DNA of 61,211 nucleotides, counting the filler, from Sphacelaria rigidula (lineage: Eukaryota), in the NCBI GenBank assembly GCA_964200075.2. It is 8 parts of 8 records of this genome, joined end to end, with 100 filler letters (N's around TTAATTAATTAA, not from the genome) between each part and the next. Parts side by side here need not be neighbours in the genome. Positions count along the whole stretch, not along the records: positions 7,666 to 15,229 come from CAXNAA020014312.1; positions 15,330 to 22,893 come from CAXNAA020014313.1; positions 22,994 to 30,557 come from CAXNAA020014314.1; 5 more parts are not named here. The stretch is one strand, 5' to 3'. The first letter of the stretch is position 1, and every line of letters begins with the position of its first letter. Positions 12,173 through 24,054 of the stretch are shown here, piece by piece. A model generated the notes under the pieces. It saw only the letters and a program-made list of their open reading frames with translations, made no database searches and was not told the origin of the DNA. Both the position numbers and the translations under genes were made by a program.

Positions 12173-13120
12173 GTATGTCGTTATCCAGCCGGCAACTTTT
12201 TTGCATTAAAGCAGTTTGTCGGAGTAAACGTGTCAACATACCACTTGAGTGTCACTGCTCGTATAGCGACTAAACGTCTGGTTTGGGGGGGTGGGGGGTA
12301 ATATTTTTCTTTTTGATACCTTTTTTTCAAAGCATCTACGGATGATGACACCCCCAAGATGATGTAGCCGTCTGCAACGTACAGTATTTGCTAAAAACGT
12401 CATCTGACTTGTGTTTGAACTCTCGCAGTGAGGCCGTGCCCCCACCGAAGTCTTATTTACGCTCGAGAACGTCTGGCGGAGAATATACATTTTTTACATT
12501 CTACAGGTCATGATGTTGGAATCACCACTTATCAGCCCTAAAGTTTTCGTTCCTACCGCACTTTTTCGATTGAAAATTAATTTCATAGGACAAGCCATGA
12601 GAACATGTGAGTCACCATCAATTTGCGAAGTAGTTACTGAAAAGTCCACTAACATGAACATGTTTGGAGAAAAAACTCCGGGCCGCTCATCACGGCGCAA
12701 TTTTCGAAAAGTGTGCTGGTCAGAGTGCTATGTTGAAGTATTTCCAAAAATCGATTTCCATAGGTTGGACCAGCGCAACACACAAAATCGTAGTGTACTT
12801 CCCACATTCGGCTCTTTCGAAGAATCGACTTTTAGGTGCCCAAAGTTGAGAGGAATATTGTAAGCGTACTCAACTATACCCAATATGTGTGTCGAGTATC
12901 AAGGTCGAAGCATCGCAGCACAAATTTGGGGGAATGAATATATCCGGGTATTTACCCAATACACACTTGCAATTGCCCCCCCCCCCTCCCCCCACACACA
13001 TTGACACATTGAAGTGAGAACCATTGACAATTTCTTGAAGTTGGCTCGAGGCATAGCGAGATGGCATCCTCCTGTTATGTCTTTATTGATGGAAAATCTG
13101 CCGCATTTGTCTTTTTCCAG

Positions 13121-13264
13121 GACGGTACGAACGCCCTGATGGCCGCCGCCTCAAACGGTCACCTCGAGGCTGCGCAAAAGCTGGTAGCAGCAGGGGCTGC
13201 TCTAGACAAGCAAAACAGCGACGGGCACAGCGCCCTCATGTTCGCCTACAACGGACGAGCTCAG
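13121..13264 (+). CDS. Ankyrin-repeat protein, internal exon E
   Basis: ttttccag|...cag|gtatgt, 144 bp; DGTNALMAAASNGHLEAAQKLVAAGAALDKQNSDGHSALMFAYNG. Confidence 0.92.
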
Positions 13265-13729
13265 GTATGTTTCTCGTCGTTTTTGCTCCATCCAATGAGA
13301 CGGGGTTCCCCATATAGTCATCATACACTTTTTTGGTCGAAAGTTTCCATACCTTGAAAAATATATGGTCAAAAGCTGCAACAGACAAAAAAATGTACTG
13401 CGCAAAGTACAGGCCTATTGCAACTTTTGCCGGCGACCTTGGCCTGTGTGCAGCACGTTCGCGGGGTTTCGTGTTTTATGTTTTACCCTTTCTCAATGTC
13501 TGACGTTCATACTGAGTCTTTCGGGTGAGAGATTCGGATTCACTGATTTTTTCCACCACCATTTCCATCAGGTGCTCCTCGTTATTAAACATGCTGAGTA
13601 TACATATTTTTGGCCAGGTGCAGAGGTACCCGTAGTGTCATGTCGCCTCGCTGAGGATCCGCTTATTGCGATTTTCTCTTTCATGAGCGTGATTATTTTG
13701 AAACGTTCTCTGCTTTACCTCCCCCCCGC

Positions 13730-14040
13730 ACCCCGTGTGGTGAGACACCTATGAGGCAGTGTAACTGTGGTTGTCTCTGGAAGTGGCTATGCCAGGGAAT
13801 GAAGCAACTCGTTTGTAGGCTGTCATCCATATGCAAGATATCATAATGCTTGGGGCCAAACAAAATCAGCGCAATACAGCTCACCCCTTGTGCGACTCGC
13901 CCTACAGTACGGCGCTTCGCGCTTGCTGATTAATGGCGAGCCTGGTCCGACTTCAAATCGGCGTGCTCTGTCTCGGCTCTGTGCGGATGCGAAGTCAATG
14001 GGCATACGGCTACGGCATGCAAGATCATGCCCCGCCCCCC
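13730..14040 (+). repeat. Family R1 degenerate copy
   Basis: Reverse-complement similarity to ~20860-21170; ends atcatgccccgcccccc. Confidence 0.6.
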
Positions 14041-14287
14041 GTGATTTTGGGCCACTCCAGCTGACTCACCGAAGACATATGAAATTCTCCGGAAGGAATA
14101 ATATGGAGTTGCCGACGTTTCGCATGTGTCCACAACATGAGGCGGCGGCGGAGAATTTCCTGACGAAAAACTCAAACCGTTCTGCCTTGGGGGCGCAACT
14201 GAAGGAAGCGACCCTGTGCTTGACCGAGCGACCCCGTGCCCAACAACCTCTGGTGAAATATGTTCTTGTGCGTGGTTGAACGCTCAG

Positions 14288-14389
14288 GTGGCATCGCTTA
14301 TGGACAAGTACGCGGAGTACTTGGATGACGCCGATGATGCGTCGGGGGAGAGCACAAAGATGATGCGAGAAGCCATGGCGCACACCCAG
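14288..14389 (+). CDS. Ankyrin-repeat protein, probable exon F
   Basis: ctcag|...cag|gtaaaa, 102 bp, phase 0, coding-like composition; VASLMDKYAEYLDDADDASGESTKMMREAMAHTQ. Confidence 0.7.
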
Positions 14390-15154
14390 GTAAAAAGGCT
14401 GCTCCGAAGTGCGACCTCTGTTCTGACACGTATCCTCGTGTGTCCACTTTTGGAAGAATGACCGACCTCCCGTTGTCGATTTTTGTCTTTGATGTATTTG
14501 CCCTATCCCAAAAAGAAGTGCGCAATGCAAGCTCACCATTATTTCGCTGATTGTGTGTGTATTTTTCTGTGGAAGGGCAGCCTGTTTTTTCTTCATTCGC
14601 TCTTCGTTCATCATGGATGTGTTACCATGTGTACAAACGCACGGGAGGATAGAGGAGGAAAAGCGAGTAGATGGTCTTGTTGTGTATTGCCGGCGGTTGT
14701 GAGCATGAAAATTCAACGAGTTTCAACCTCTCTTCTACTTTTGTTTCCACCCGTTTTTTGCCGTACTCGCCTTCCTTCTCATCCCGAGAGTGGATCAGCG
14801 ATTCTCTTCCCTCGTCGACCTCAACTGTAGGGCACGTGAAAAGAAGTCCCGAATCGTGTAACCTGAACCGAGAATTCGAATCAACGTCCCAACCGTTGGA
14901 CGATCTCGATACTATCAACTGTGCTAGAGTGGGATCTGAGAAAGTTTCAGGAAATATTCCCTTTTGTACCGTCTACAGTGTTCACAAGCGTCTACGCACG
15001 ATCGCCTCGTCTCAAGCCGGTGCCCTCTATCCAACGCTCGTGGACAGAACCATTGTTGAAGTTGGTGAGGGGAAGATGTATTTTTTCAAAATTCCATTGA
15101 CGAGTTGTTGGAGAGAACTGCACAGACTCGTTTGTACGATGGTTCTTGAGGATA

Positions 15155-15229
15155 GGGGGGGTGTACTCATGATCACGCATGCCATAGTCATAAGACCATA
15201 GACCTCGCATCCCTACAAAGCCGTGACGG
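15155..15229 (-). repeat. Family R1 3' end (truncated by contig end)
   Basis: gggggggtgtactcatgatcacgcatgccatagtcataagacc matches ~20860-20935. Confidence 0.75.
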
Positions 15230-15337
15230 NNNNNNNNNNNNNNNNNNNNNNNNNNNNNNNNNNNNNNNNNNNNTTAATTAATTAANNNNNNNNNNNNNNN
15301 NNNNNNNNNNNNNNNNNNNNNNNNNNNNNTGTAAAGG

Positions 15338-15416
15338 AGTCCAATAGTGGGATCGCAGCCGGTTCGTTGGATGGTGCCGGTGCATTTTTTGTGGGGGGAC
15401 TATCTCGGCATTAGTC
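15338..15416. mobile_element. GAC...GTC MITE family (M1), one end (contig-truncated)
   Basis: Matches 23060-23141 and the reverse complement of 59046-59125; ends ggggggactatctcggcattagtc. Confidence 0.7.
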
Positions 15417-15434
15417 AGAAAGCAGGAACTGGGG

Positions 15435-15804
15435 TGTTGAAGGAGAGTGACCTTGGAGGGCGATGAAAACCACCAGCTCCGTCCCTCAATCCCTGGAACC
15501 AAAAGCAAAGCGCTACGCATACTTGACCAAACGCTTCCATGTCACTTGCGTGGCAAAGTGCCAGCTCATAGACTAGATCCTTACTCAAGCTACGACACTA
15601 ACGAACACTGGAAGTACACTGTCGTATCCTACGAGCTTACGTGGCCAGATCTACAGTATAAATATAACTCAAGGATCCATACACAAAGGTACTTGTACCC
15701 GGGATATCCCGCGCTACTTGAACCGTGACTAGTTGTCCCGCTAAGTTGCTACCAGAGTAAAAACTCACACAATACAAGCAGCTAGGCTGTACAGATTTCC
15801 AACA
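15435..15804 (+). mobile_element. Possible solo or 3' LTR
   Basis: TGTTG...CAACA termini, TATAAATA at ~15657, purine-rich tract upstream. No TSD and no second copy in the window. Confidence 0.3.
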
Positions 15805-16250
15805 CTCACTAGCCCATTCTTGCGTCGTCGCGTGATTCTCCGTCTGCGAATGTTGAGCAGCTGTGCGTGTGTTTTCGACTCATGAGCGCTCCTTCTCTAG
15901 TTCGCGGAGTGGAACGCGATACTCCACGGTGAGGAGTTCAGATGCCGCTTCATCTGCATTACGTTGCCGATTGTCGAAATAATCGTCTTGGCTGGCGCGC
16001 GGAGAGCATACTCGTGTATGAGCTGTTCAGCTTCCCTCATAACTTCGGATATCTAGTCGAGTGCTTTTTTGGGTGTCTCCCTTGCCCTTGCATTTGTTTT
16101 TCTTCATGATTTTGATCTTCACTTTTAATTGCCGTTTGATTTTTTGTGGTCCTTTTATGTATTTAATGGTTAATGCTTCCTTTCCTCCGGGTCGTTTTTC
16201 CTATCTTGTCTATTACGGCCGTCTTGTGACCATGGCTGGGTTCGTAGTGG

Positions 16251-16461
16251 TGTAATTCGTGAGAGGATCGCGTGCTTAGAGCACCGCGCCGTAGTCCAAA
16301 ACGCCCCAGGATCGACTTTTTTTTTAACCAATCGGGCCAGTCCCTGCAGGGACCACGCCCCTGACCCTAACCCCAACACAAACCCTAACCTTAACCTTAA
16401 CTATAGGGATGTTCAAATACAGATGCGGTCCTTCAAACACGCGGTCCTCTCACGCATTACA
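16251..16461. mobile_element. MITE with internal telomere-like (CCCTAA)n (family M2), copy 1
   Basis: TIR tgtaattcgtgagaggatcgcgt / acgcggtcctctcacgcattaca; homologous to 18655-18864. Confidence 0.8.
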
Positions 16462-17799
16462 GCGGATGGATGAATGTTTGATAAATCAATCACATCAATA
16501 CATTCAAGGAAGGGACTTCATCAAGTTCAGGCTGGTACGCCGCACACCCCCGCTTGTCGATAATGGGGAAGCATCTTGAGGAAATATATATATATTTCCT
16601 GTTTCTTCAACAGTATACACAATCGAGCACCGCCTTCACCGTCCACGGACCGCCTGCACGTGAGTAGCTCAAAACTGACGAGGTTTCGCTGCCTCGGGGT
16701 TTACCATTCCACAGCAGTTTTGAACAAAACAGCTGATGTAGAGAAAATACATGCTCTTGTACTCACTTACGACTGATCGTCTGTAGCGGTATTGTACTGA
16801 TCGACCATCACTTTGACCGTGCGGGCACGTCTTTCCTGGTTCTGAGAAACCTGGACTTCGCTCTCGAGACACTGAGATTCCTCCTTTCTCAGTAAGGATT
16901 TTTTGAGGCCGTGGTGCTTGGGTGGATCTGCTACCCAGAGCTGAGGCGAGCTGCTGAGTCTGTCGCGGGAGAATGTTCCTCGTGGAAGTGTGGACGTTTT
17001 CTGGAAAGAAGGTTCCCAAAGCTCGAGTTGGGTTGATTTGTATCAACCCCTTTGGAACTCATCGACGATTTTTGTTTTCGTGAATCGGCATCATTTTCAT
17101 TCATTTCCAAGTCAAAATGATGCCGATCCACAAGAACGAAAATCGTTTGTGGGTTTCAAAAGGTTCATGTTTATTCTGACTGCACACACTAGTTTTCTTG
17201 CCGATCCAAGCGCTGAGGGCTTGGTGAGGACTGACGAGGGCGGGGCGTGCCAAATTCAGCAATGGGCACCCAAAAAACCCTTTAGAAGATGCTCCGCACT
17301 CTGGTAATCCACATTGCACCTGCTTGGCTACATCTGCTAGAGTCTGTGTCGATAGCTCCTTGATGCGCTGTATGCCATGCAAGTTCCCCTGTCTACCCAA
17401 TCAGACACACCTGGCGATGGGATAGGCTCTAGGTCCTTGACCCCTACATACACCAACATCAAAACTGTCTAAGACAACTCTCCTGGAACTGTCACCCTAC
17501 AAAATGTTGTACTGTTGTCGTTTTCCACATATACTCCGACACCACCCCTTTCCCCACAACCACTGTCTGCGAAAACCCCTGTTTTCTAGCCTAGTTTCAA
17601 CACTGAAAACTAGGCACACGACATCAGTCCATCCCGTGAACATGAAGGTTTGGTTCAGGGACTGCCCTAGACTTTATGCGGACAACATAGCCCTACTGTG
17701 AGCTCACTTGATGACCCCCGGTCCCCGCTTGTTTATTTTCTCTATTAATAACTAGTATTTTTCTCCATGTTTCCCTAAGTGACGTAAGAGATCACGTCC

Positions 17800-17965
17800 C
17801 CGAACGTCGACTGACGCCTGATACGTCTGCTTCACAAGGAGTGGGGACGTCGAAGTAGACGACGACTCCGCCTTCGAGATTCGAACCCCGACGAAATATC
17901 CAGAAGAAAACACCCAATGAGAGTACACTCACGCTGTCTAAGTTCTACTTGAGCCAAACTAAAAA
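17800..17965 (-). repeat. Degenerate tRNA-derived SINE-like head
   Basis: Minus strand tggctcaagtag (A-box-like) and ggggttcgaatc (B box); part of the body is duplicated at ~18015-18085. Confidence 0.35.
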
Positions 17966-18654
17966 ACGAAATAAGGAAAATAAAGATGTATTGCGATTAA
18001 CTTATCCGTAGTCACCACCTCCTGATACACCCGCCTCGCAAGGAGTGAGGAAATCGAAAGAGGTGGTAACTCCGGCTTCAGATTTATTTCATTTCACCTA
18101 GAGAAGTCCACAAGAAACAACGACAATGGAAATGGAGTCCTCTCCGAGCTCCAGCCATTACATGTGCTATTTGCCGACCCCTTCCAGTCGTCCTTACTAG
18201 CAGATTCATGGCGCTCCAAACAGCCCCCTTCGCCGCGCTCAGGATAGTCCTTCACCCCATGATTGCCAGTTCCTCCAAATAGACACCAGCCCCCAACTAC
18301 CACATTCAACTCCACCTCGAACCGCCCCGCCCTGTCACCAATCGTGGGGGAAATACTTTACGGTGTTCCGCAGCACATGATAGTGCCATAATCAGTCACT
18401 CGGGCGGCCGCGGCTTTCATGGAGCGCCGTGCACTAGAGATGCACGGCGACTCTACGCCCCAGATCCATCACACGGCGAGTATGTGGATACTCCCGCTGA
18501 CCCAGGTTCTTCCTCGGACCCGCCATCTCGGTCAGCCGCCAACGCGCGGAAGCCGTTTTGAAATAGACATAAGAGCCGACAATGTCAGGGTTGTACACAT
18601 CTGGCCCATCCCTTCGTCGCCCCGACACTTTATACACCGGCGCCACATAACAAC

Positions 18655-18864
18655 TGTAATGCGTGAGAGGACCGCGTCTTGGAGCACCGCGCCGTAGTCC
18701 AAAACACCACAGGATCGAAGTTTTTCGAAACCAATCGGGTAAGTCCCTGCAAGAACCATGCCCCTAACCCTAACCCCACCACTAACCCTAACCCTAACCC
18801 CGACCATAGGGATATTCAAATTCAGATGCGGCCCTCTGAGCACGCGGTCCTCTCACGCATTACA
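18655..18864. mobile_element. MITE with internal telomere-like (CCCTAA)n (family M2), copy 2
   Basis: 23-bp perfect TIR tgtaatgcgtgagaggaccgcgt; flanks ataacaac / ataaccac (8-bp TSD, one mismatch). Confidence 0.85.
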
Positions 18865-19599
18865 ATAACCACCCCGTTCGTGCGCCATTATGCACCTCCA
18901 CAAATGGGTGAGACATTTTCGGTTTTGTGTATTGTCATATTTTACCTGTTCCGGATCACCCACCCAGTATTTCGATAGTACCTGCCGACAGTACTGCTCA
19001 ATGTCGGCTTCGTGCTCCCCCCTAGGAACCTCCAAACCGCCCCAATACGTGTAAGGTATTGCACGGCCAGCTTTCCCCCCAAACTCCGGGATATCCTGTC
19101 CTTCACCAATGTTGTGGGATAAAATCTGGTGTGTGTTCAACTCCATCGCGATGTCATCCGCCGTCAAGTATAGAGGGGGTGACAGTTCGAAATATTTGTT
19201 CATCACGTACTGACTAAGCGCTCAAGGAAAAAATCTCGGTTTATCCGGCCCCTCGTGGGGATTGTAACACCTTCAGGATCTCGTCACTGACAACCTGGAG
19301 TCATGTTGACCCCCGGCTCATTTCGACGAATCTTTAGCAACAATACGTTTGTGCCCACCTGTTCTCCCTCGGTGCCTATCCCTGGTCCCCCGAATACAAT
19401 TTTGAAAGGTCTCGTCCAACACTGAGCCAGCTTCGCGGACAGCGCTAGCGTCGTTCGGGCTGTGCTTGTCGCCACCTGTACCGCCTTACCCTCCGCGGCG
19501 ATGGTGCTTTTATCGTCATACACAAACACCCACTGGCCCGCCTCTGTCAACACAAACACAGCAATGTAGACATGTACCGTTATCATCTCCAACTGATCG

Positions 19600-20272
19600 A
19601 ACCTTTGCCCCGCAGTAAATTGCCGTCCTTATCTTGAATGTACTGCTCACTCTCGATTGGTCGTCCAGACAGTCTCCACCCTCCGTTGAGATGTCTGTAC
19701 TATCCTCCCATGTCCCCCGCTCGAGTATACTTCTTTGGTTATATAGCACACACATCCATATACTTGTCAACCTCAACTTGGATCACCTCTTTGACCTTTT
19801 TGCATGCTGCTTGCAATGTGCGCCATGCGGGTTTATCTCGAGAAGATCCGAGTCTCACCGTTGATTTCGCCCTTTCCCTCTCCAGCCAGGCCTGTTCGAA
19901 TTCCGTTCTGATTTCAGCATCCTCGTACCACTCTGGTGTACGTGGCTTTCGGGTCAGGCGGGGTACCACCTTATCAGCGGCACTCAAGAATATGTCGGCA
20001 AAGTTCGTACCCGGTGAGGTAACTGTTTCACCAGTTGTTATACTCTGTTTGAGCTCGCTGATGATGAGCTGGGTGAGCTGCTCACGTCTGTCGAGGTTTG
20101 GTACTATTGCCCGTCTGTCGATCGGTGTGGTGTACCCCGAATTGGGATTCGTCGAGAACTGTTGTGTGCGAAGCGACCAAGGAGCCGCACTGAGGCGCAC
20201 ACGGTGTTGTGGTCAGAGTCCGCCGAGTCGAGGGGGTTAAGGTGGACGGTGACATTGCGAACAAGCCTGCGC
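19600..20272 (-). mobile_element. LINE ORF2 internal fragment (end of APE endonuclease plus linker)
   Basis: RLVRNVTVH...DSDHNTVCASVRLLGRFAHN (SDH motif), then IDRRAI...FADIFLSAADKVVP...WYED...AWRTLQAACKKV. Confidence 0.75.
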
Positions 20273-20623
20273 ATTTGGTTTCCGACAGTTACATATGAGC
20301 CGAATCCCACCATTTTTTTGTTCACCCCTACCAACGGGGAGCTTCAGTTGGAATAAGAACGGCGCAGGAGCCCAGCGGCTAAGAATCGGTCAATTTCAAC
20401 TTGCACCTTCTTTTGTGTAGCAGGGTTGTGACGGTACGTCCGCTGTTCAGTGGGAGTAGCCCCAGGCTTGACCTCGATTGTGAAAGGGTCCACGGTAACA
20501 TACTCCAAGTCCATTTTGTCCACCAATAATCTGCTGGAAAACCTGCACAGAGCGTCCGCCAACTCATTTATGTCCTTTACCCGCCAGTACCTGTCTTGTG
20601 AGCCAAACTGTATGCTTTTGCTA

Positions 20624-21470
20624 GACACTTTCTGCCATAACCTCCGCGCAAAAAGTGGCTGGTTTGGGGGAGGCAAAATCTGCACGTAAATCGAAATGAA
20701 AGCAAGCCGAGCACAACGATCAACTAGGAATTCCCACGCTTGGGTTCGTGTTCGCCAATGTCGTCCATACAAGACGCTTCATGCAGCCTGCAACCAACCA
20801 TGAGGCGTTGTATTACACCTTTCTTCGTGAGAGGTTTAGGCTGATTTGGGGGGGGGAGGGGGGGATGGTGTACTCACTATCATGCATGACATAGTCATGA
20901 GACCATTGACATCGCATCCCTACAAAGCCGGGATGGAGCACGCCGGGGTTTCGCCGGACCAGGCTTGCACTCAATCACCAAGCGCGAAGCGCCGTGGTTT
21001 GCTCGGCGAGTCGCATGGAGGGTGAGCTGCATACCGCTGAGATTGTGCGACCTGAAACCCACTGATTATTTTGCATTTGGATGACAATCTACAATGAGCT
21101 GCTTTATTTTCTGGTATTGCCACTTCCTCAGACAGCCACGGCTTTTACACTGCCTCATGGGTGTCTCACCATCTAAACACTACGTCGTACGATCATCCCC
21201 ATTGTGCGGAGTTGAGGTTCCCCCACGCCGCACAACATGATCTAGCTCGACTACCATCATGGTTACCGCAAAAAAAACGCAAGCGCGCAAACACCCCCGG
21301 TAATCTGGTTGCTTAGCTTACGCAGTGTGTGGCGTGTTTCATAGCGTCATCGCCAACTGACGCCAACCCCATCGGGGGCCCGTCACTACAAAGCCGGGAC
21401 GGAGCACGCCGGGTTCTCGCTGGACCAGGTTGAGGCTAATTTGGGTGGGGGGGGTATCGCAGAAAGTGTC
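20624..21470. mobile_element. GAC...GTC MITE (M1) interrupted by an R1 insertion
   Basis: gacactttctgc...gggtatcgcagaaagtgtc TIRs; flanks gcta/gcaa; 20624-20855 is homologous to the reverse complement of 24055-24302. Confidence 0.8.
20856..21429 (-). mobile_element. Family R1 near-full-length non-autonomous retroposon
   Basis: Inserted in the poly-G tract of the MITE with an ~20-nt duplicated target (aggctgatttgggg / aggctaatttgggt); internal 44-bp direct repeat at 20920 and 21386. Confidence 0.7.
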
Positions 21471-22993
21471 GCAAGTGTGGAGGACTACGTCCCCACAGCC
21501 GCCGAAACGCGGCACGTTTTTCAACACATGATTCACCAAGCATGACCTCCGGCGGTTCCGACTTCGCTGGCTCGATTACATCAACGGCAGTCGACGCCGG
21601 GTCCGGCAACCTGGAACGTTTTGCATCATTTGGTGAGTAGGGTACCAACGGTAACGCAGCTGATTCCAATATCAACCTAGGCACGGCCACTGCGCATGTA
21701 TCATATGTGAATCTCCAAGAAGTGATCGAGTCGCCCACCTCTACAACCATTTACGAGGGACACCAGCCCTCGTCGAAACGCAGATAATACAAGCCTTTTG
21801 AGCAGGAGCCCCACCAGGTGTACGCAGTGTGACGGGAACCCACGTCAACTCGTGACTCACAGCCTGCTCTATTTCCCCTGACAAGAACGACGACAGCATC
21901 CCTATCAGATGCCGACGACTGTTCAATCATACCCACGGCATTCTGAACCCAATGATCAAAAGAGGCGGGTAAAGACGCTCTTGTGGGACCGAAGAACGAC
22001 ATGATAGTTCTGGACTCACTCACATGACGATACGATCGCACCGAAAACTGAGCCAACCCATCACGGTCCAACAGCAAAGCAAACGATACAGTGCTCTCTG
22101 GGACGATATGTGCGTAAATCGCGAAGCAGGCATGGGTGCCCTGATTCCGACCTTTGCGTGTTCCGTCCACACAACGGATATTAAGGCGCACCTGTGAACA
22201 TGTTTAAAGAGGCACCCTATCAATCCCGCTAGACGACATAGGATCAATTTCCCGCCCCACGTAACCAGATCCAGCCGAAAGCTCAGCCATAGACATCCAT
22301 ACCTAATCAAGGATGAACGTCGCCGGCCTCCCGCTATCCAGCAATGCCGAGCATTCCGCATCCGGGTCGCCTTCGGCTCACCTACCTTCACCCCCGCCGT
22401 GTCTTTTGCACGGTCCAGAGATATATACCCACCCGACACCTCCATTACTTCTGGGAGGAACCAGCTATTATTGTGGGATTTCCGTGTGGTTCCCAGCAGG
22501 TAGTGGCAAAGGCTGACACCGACAAACGTTAGTCTGCACAGCTAGCTTGCAGGTAACAGGTGGTGCTACTGTTGTAGACCTACTTGTTGGTGTTGAATGG
22601 GCGCTTGCGGCCAACAAAGACTTGTAGAGTACAATGGACTGTCGTAGTCCAGTTGAGAAGTTGGAGAAATGAAGAGTGAAAGAGTAGGGCTCGCGATGTA
22701 CTGGTGAGTTCTCTCTTGCCTCTCTTCTCAAGAGTACGTATTGCAACCCCATCAAAGATTCTCGACCGTACCGGACCGTTACTCAGATCTATCTACAGTA
22801 TACGAAGTAACAGTGGATGCAAGAAAATGGGGTTGATACAAAATATGGGGTTCAAGTGACATTTCTCTTTTGCAGGGAAGACGCAAAACACTTNNNNNNN
22901 NNNNNNNNNNNNNNNNNNNNNNNNNNNNNNNNNNNNNTTAATTAATTAANNNNNNNNNNNNNNNNNNNNNNNNNNNNNNNNNNNNNNNNNNNN

Positions 22994-23141
22994 TGATTTG
23001 GGCGTTATAGCTGATTTCGGACTCCTACATGCCTCTCATATGGGCGAAATTGCTGCAAATGAGCCCAATAGTGGGATCGCAGCCGGTTCGTTGGATGGTC
23101 TCTGGTGCACGTTTTGTGGGGGGGCTATCTCGGCATTAGTC
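22994..23141. mobile_element. GAC...GTC MITE (M1), partial
   Basis: Reverse complement of ~59046-59190; ends ggggctatctcggcattagtc. Confidence 0.75.
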
Positions 23142-23295
23142 AGAACCAAAAACAAATGGGACTACAACACACACACACCCAATTACGGTCTAAGGGTTAA
23201 CCCTTTGACCGCGAGAGTAGGTGCGACGTACTGAATCGGAATCAATATTCACTTGAAGAGAGTATGCGTGATCAAGATGGACTACCCGAATCGTA

Positions 23296-23560
23296 CCGGT
23301 CGCCCCGGTGACTCAGTCGGTAACCTCGGAACCTTCTGACGGTTGGGTCGTGGGTTCAAATCTCGGAGCGATCTGGGATTGCTCTTCACACCATGCGCAA
23401 GAAAAATTGGAGAGCGACTATGTCGTGGGTACACAAAATTCGACGTAAGACGTAATGCTCGGCGAGGGAAAGGGACTGCTGAACCCCTCTCGCGATAAAA
23501 GAGGAAAGGTAAGCACCGCAGAAGGAACATGGAGCACCAGAAACAAATAGGACGACAACA
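23296..23560 (+). repeat. tRNA-derived SINE
   Basis: A box tgactcagtcgg (~23308) and B box ggttcaaatc (~23353); flanked by a duplicated ~130-bp block (~23150-23285 and ~23540-23660) that also occurs at ~52435-52510. Confidence 0.55.
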
Positions 23561-23715
23561 CACACCCGAATCCCGTCCTTTGACTGCGAGGGTAGGTGAC
23601 CTACTGAATCGGCATCAATATTCACTTGAAAAAAGTATGTGTGATCAAGATAAACTCTCCATTAGAGCTTACGAAATGTACATAAACAATGGTTCGTACT
23701 CGATTTTACTTGATT

Positions 23716-23964
23716 TGTGACGCCGGCCAGTGGAAGAACTACTCGATCACTGCTGTTGAGGGACTCCCCAGTCTTACTCGCCTCAGTTTCAGGTGTCAGC
23801 CTTTACAACATTCTCATTATTCAGGAGTGCCCTCGTAAGCAAAGCCTCCCAGACACGCCAGGGTATCAACCTAGTGTCCCCGGTCATTATCTAGATCATC
23901 ACTACCAGCGTTTATTATCCAGATCATCACTACCAACTCAACGTAACGGCGTTATTTCGTCACA
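23716..23964 (-). repeat. Gypsy 3' LTR
   Basis: TGTGACG...CGTCACA; 5 differences from 29761-30009; adjacent minus-strand PPT-like tttgggggtgc at ~23965-23975. Confidence 0.95.
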
Positions 23965-24054
23965 GCACCCCCAAAGCGCATTGGACGAAAATCGATCAAC
24001 AAGCTTGACACACAGAAAACGCCAAAACGATGAGTAAGTCGCAACTGAATACCA

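Larger units (their letters stand above)
18400..22450 (-). mobile_element. Fragmented Ty3/Gypsy LTR retrotransposon remnant (protease, RT start, post-integrase/chromodomain-like region)
   Basis: ALLDSGRPATFI (~22345-22310); DPFTIEVKPGATPTEQRTYRHNP...IDRFLAAGLLRRSYS (20344-20560); WVFVYDD...KLAQCWTRPFKI (19284-19592); SPPLYLTADDI...YWGGL...YWVGDP (18853-19206). Most of RT/RH/IN is missing. Confidence 0.8.

Noticed and set aside
16640..17500. Possible minus-strand coding remnant
   Set aside because: Stops in all frames and no recognisable motif.
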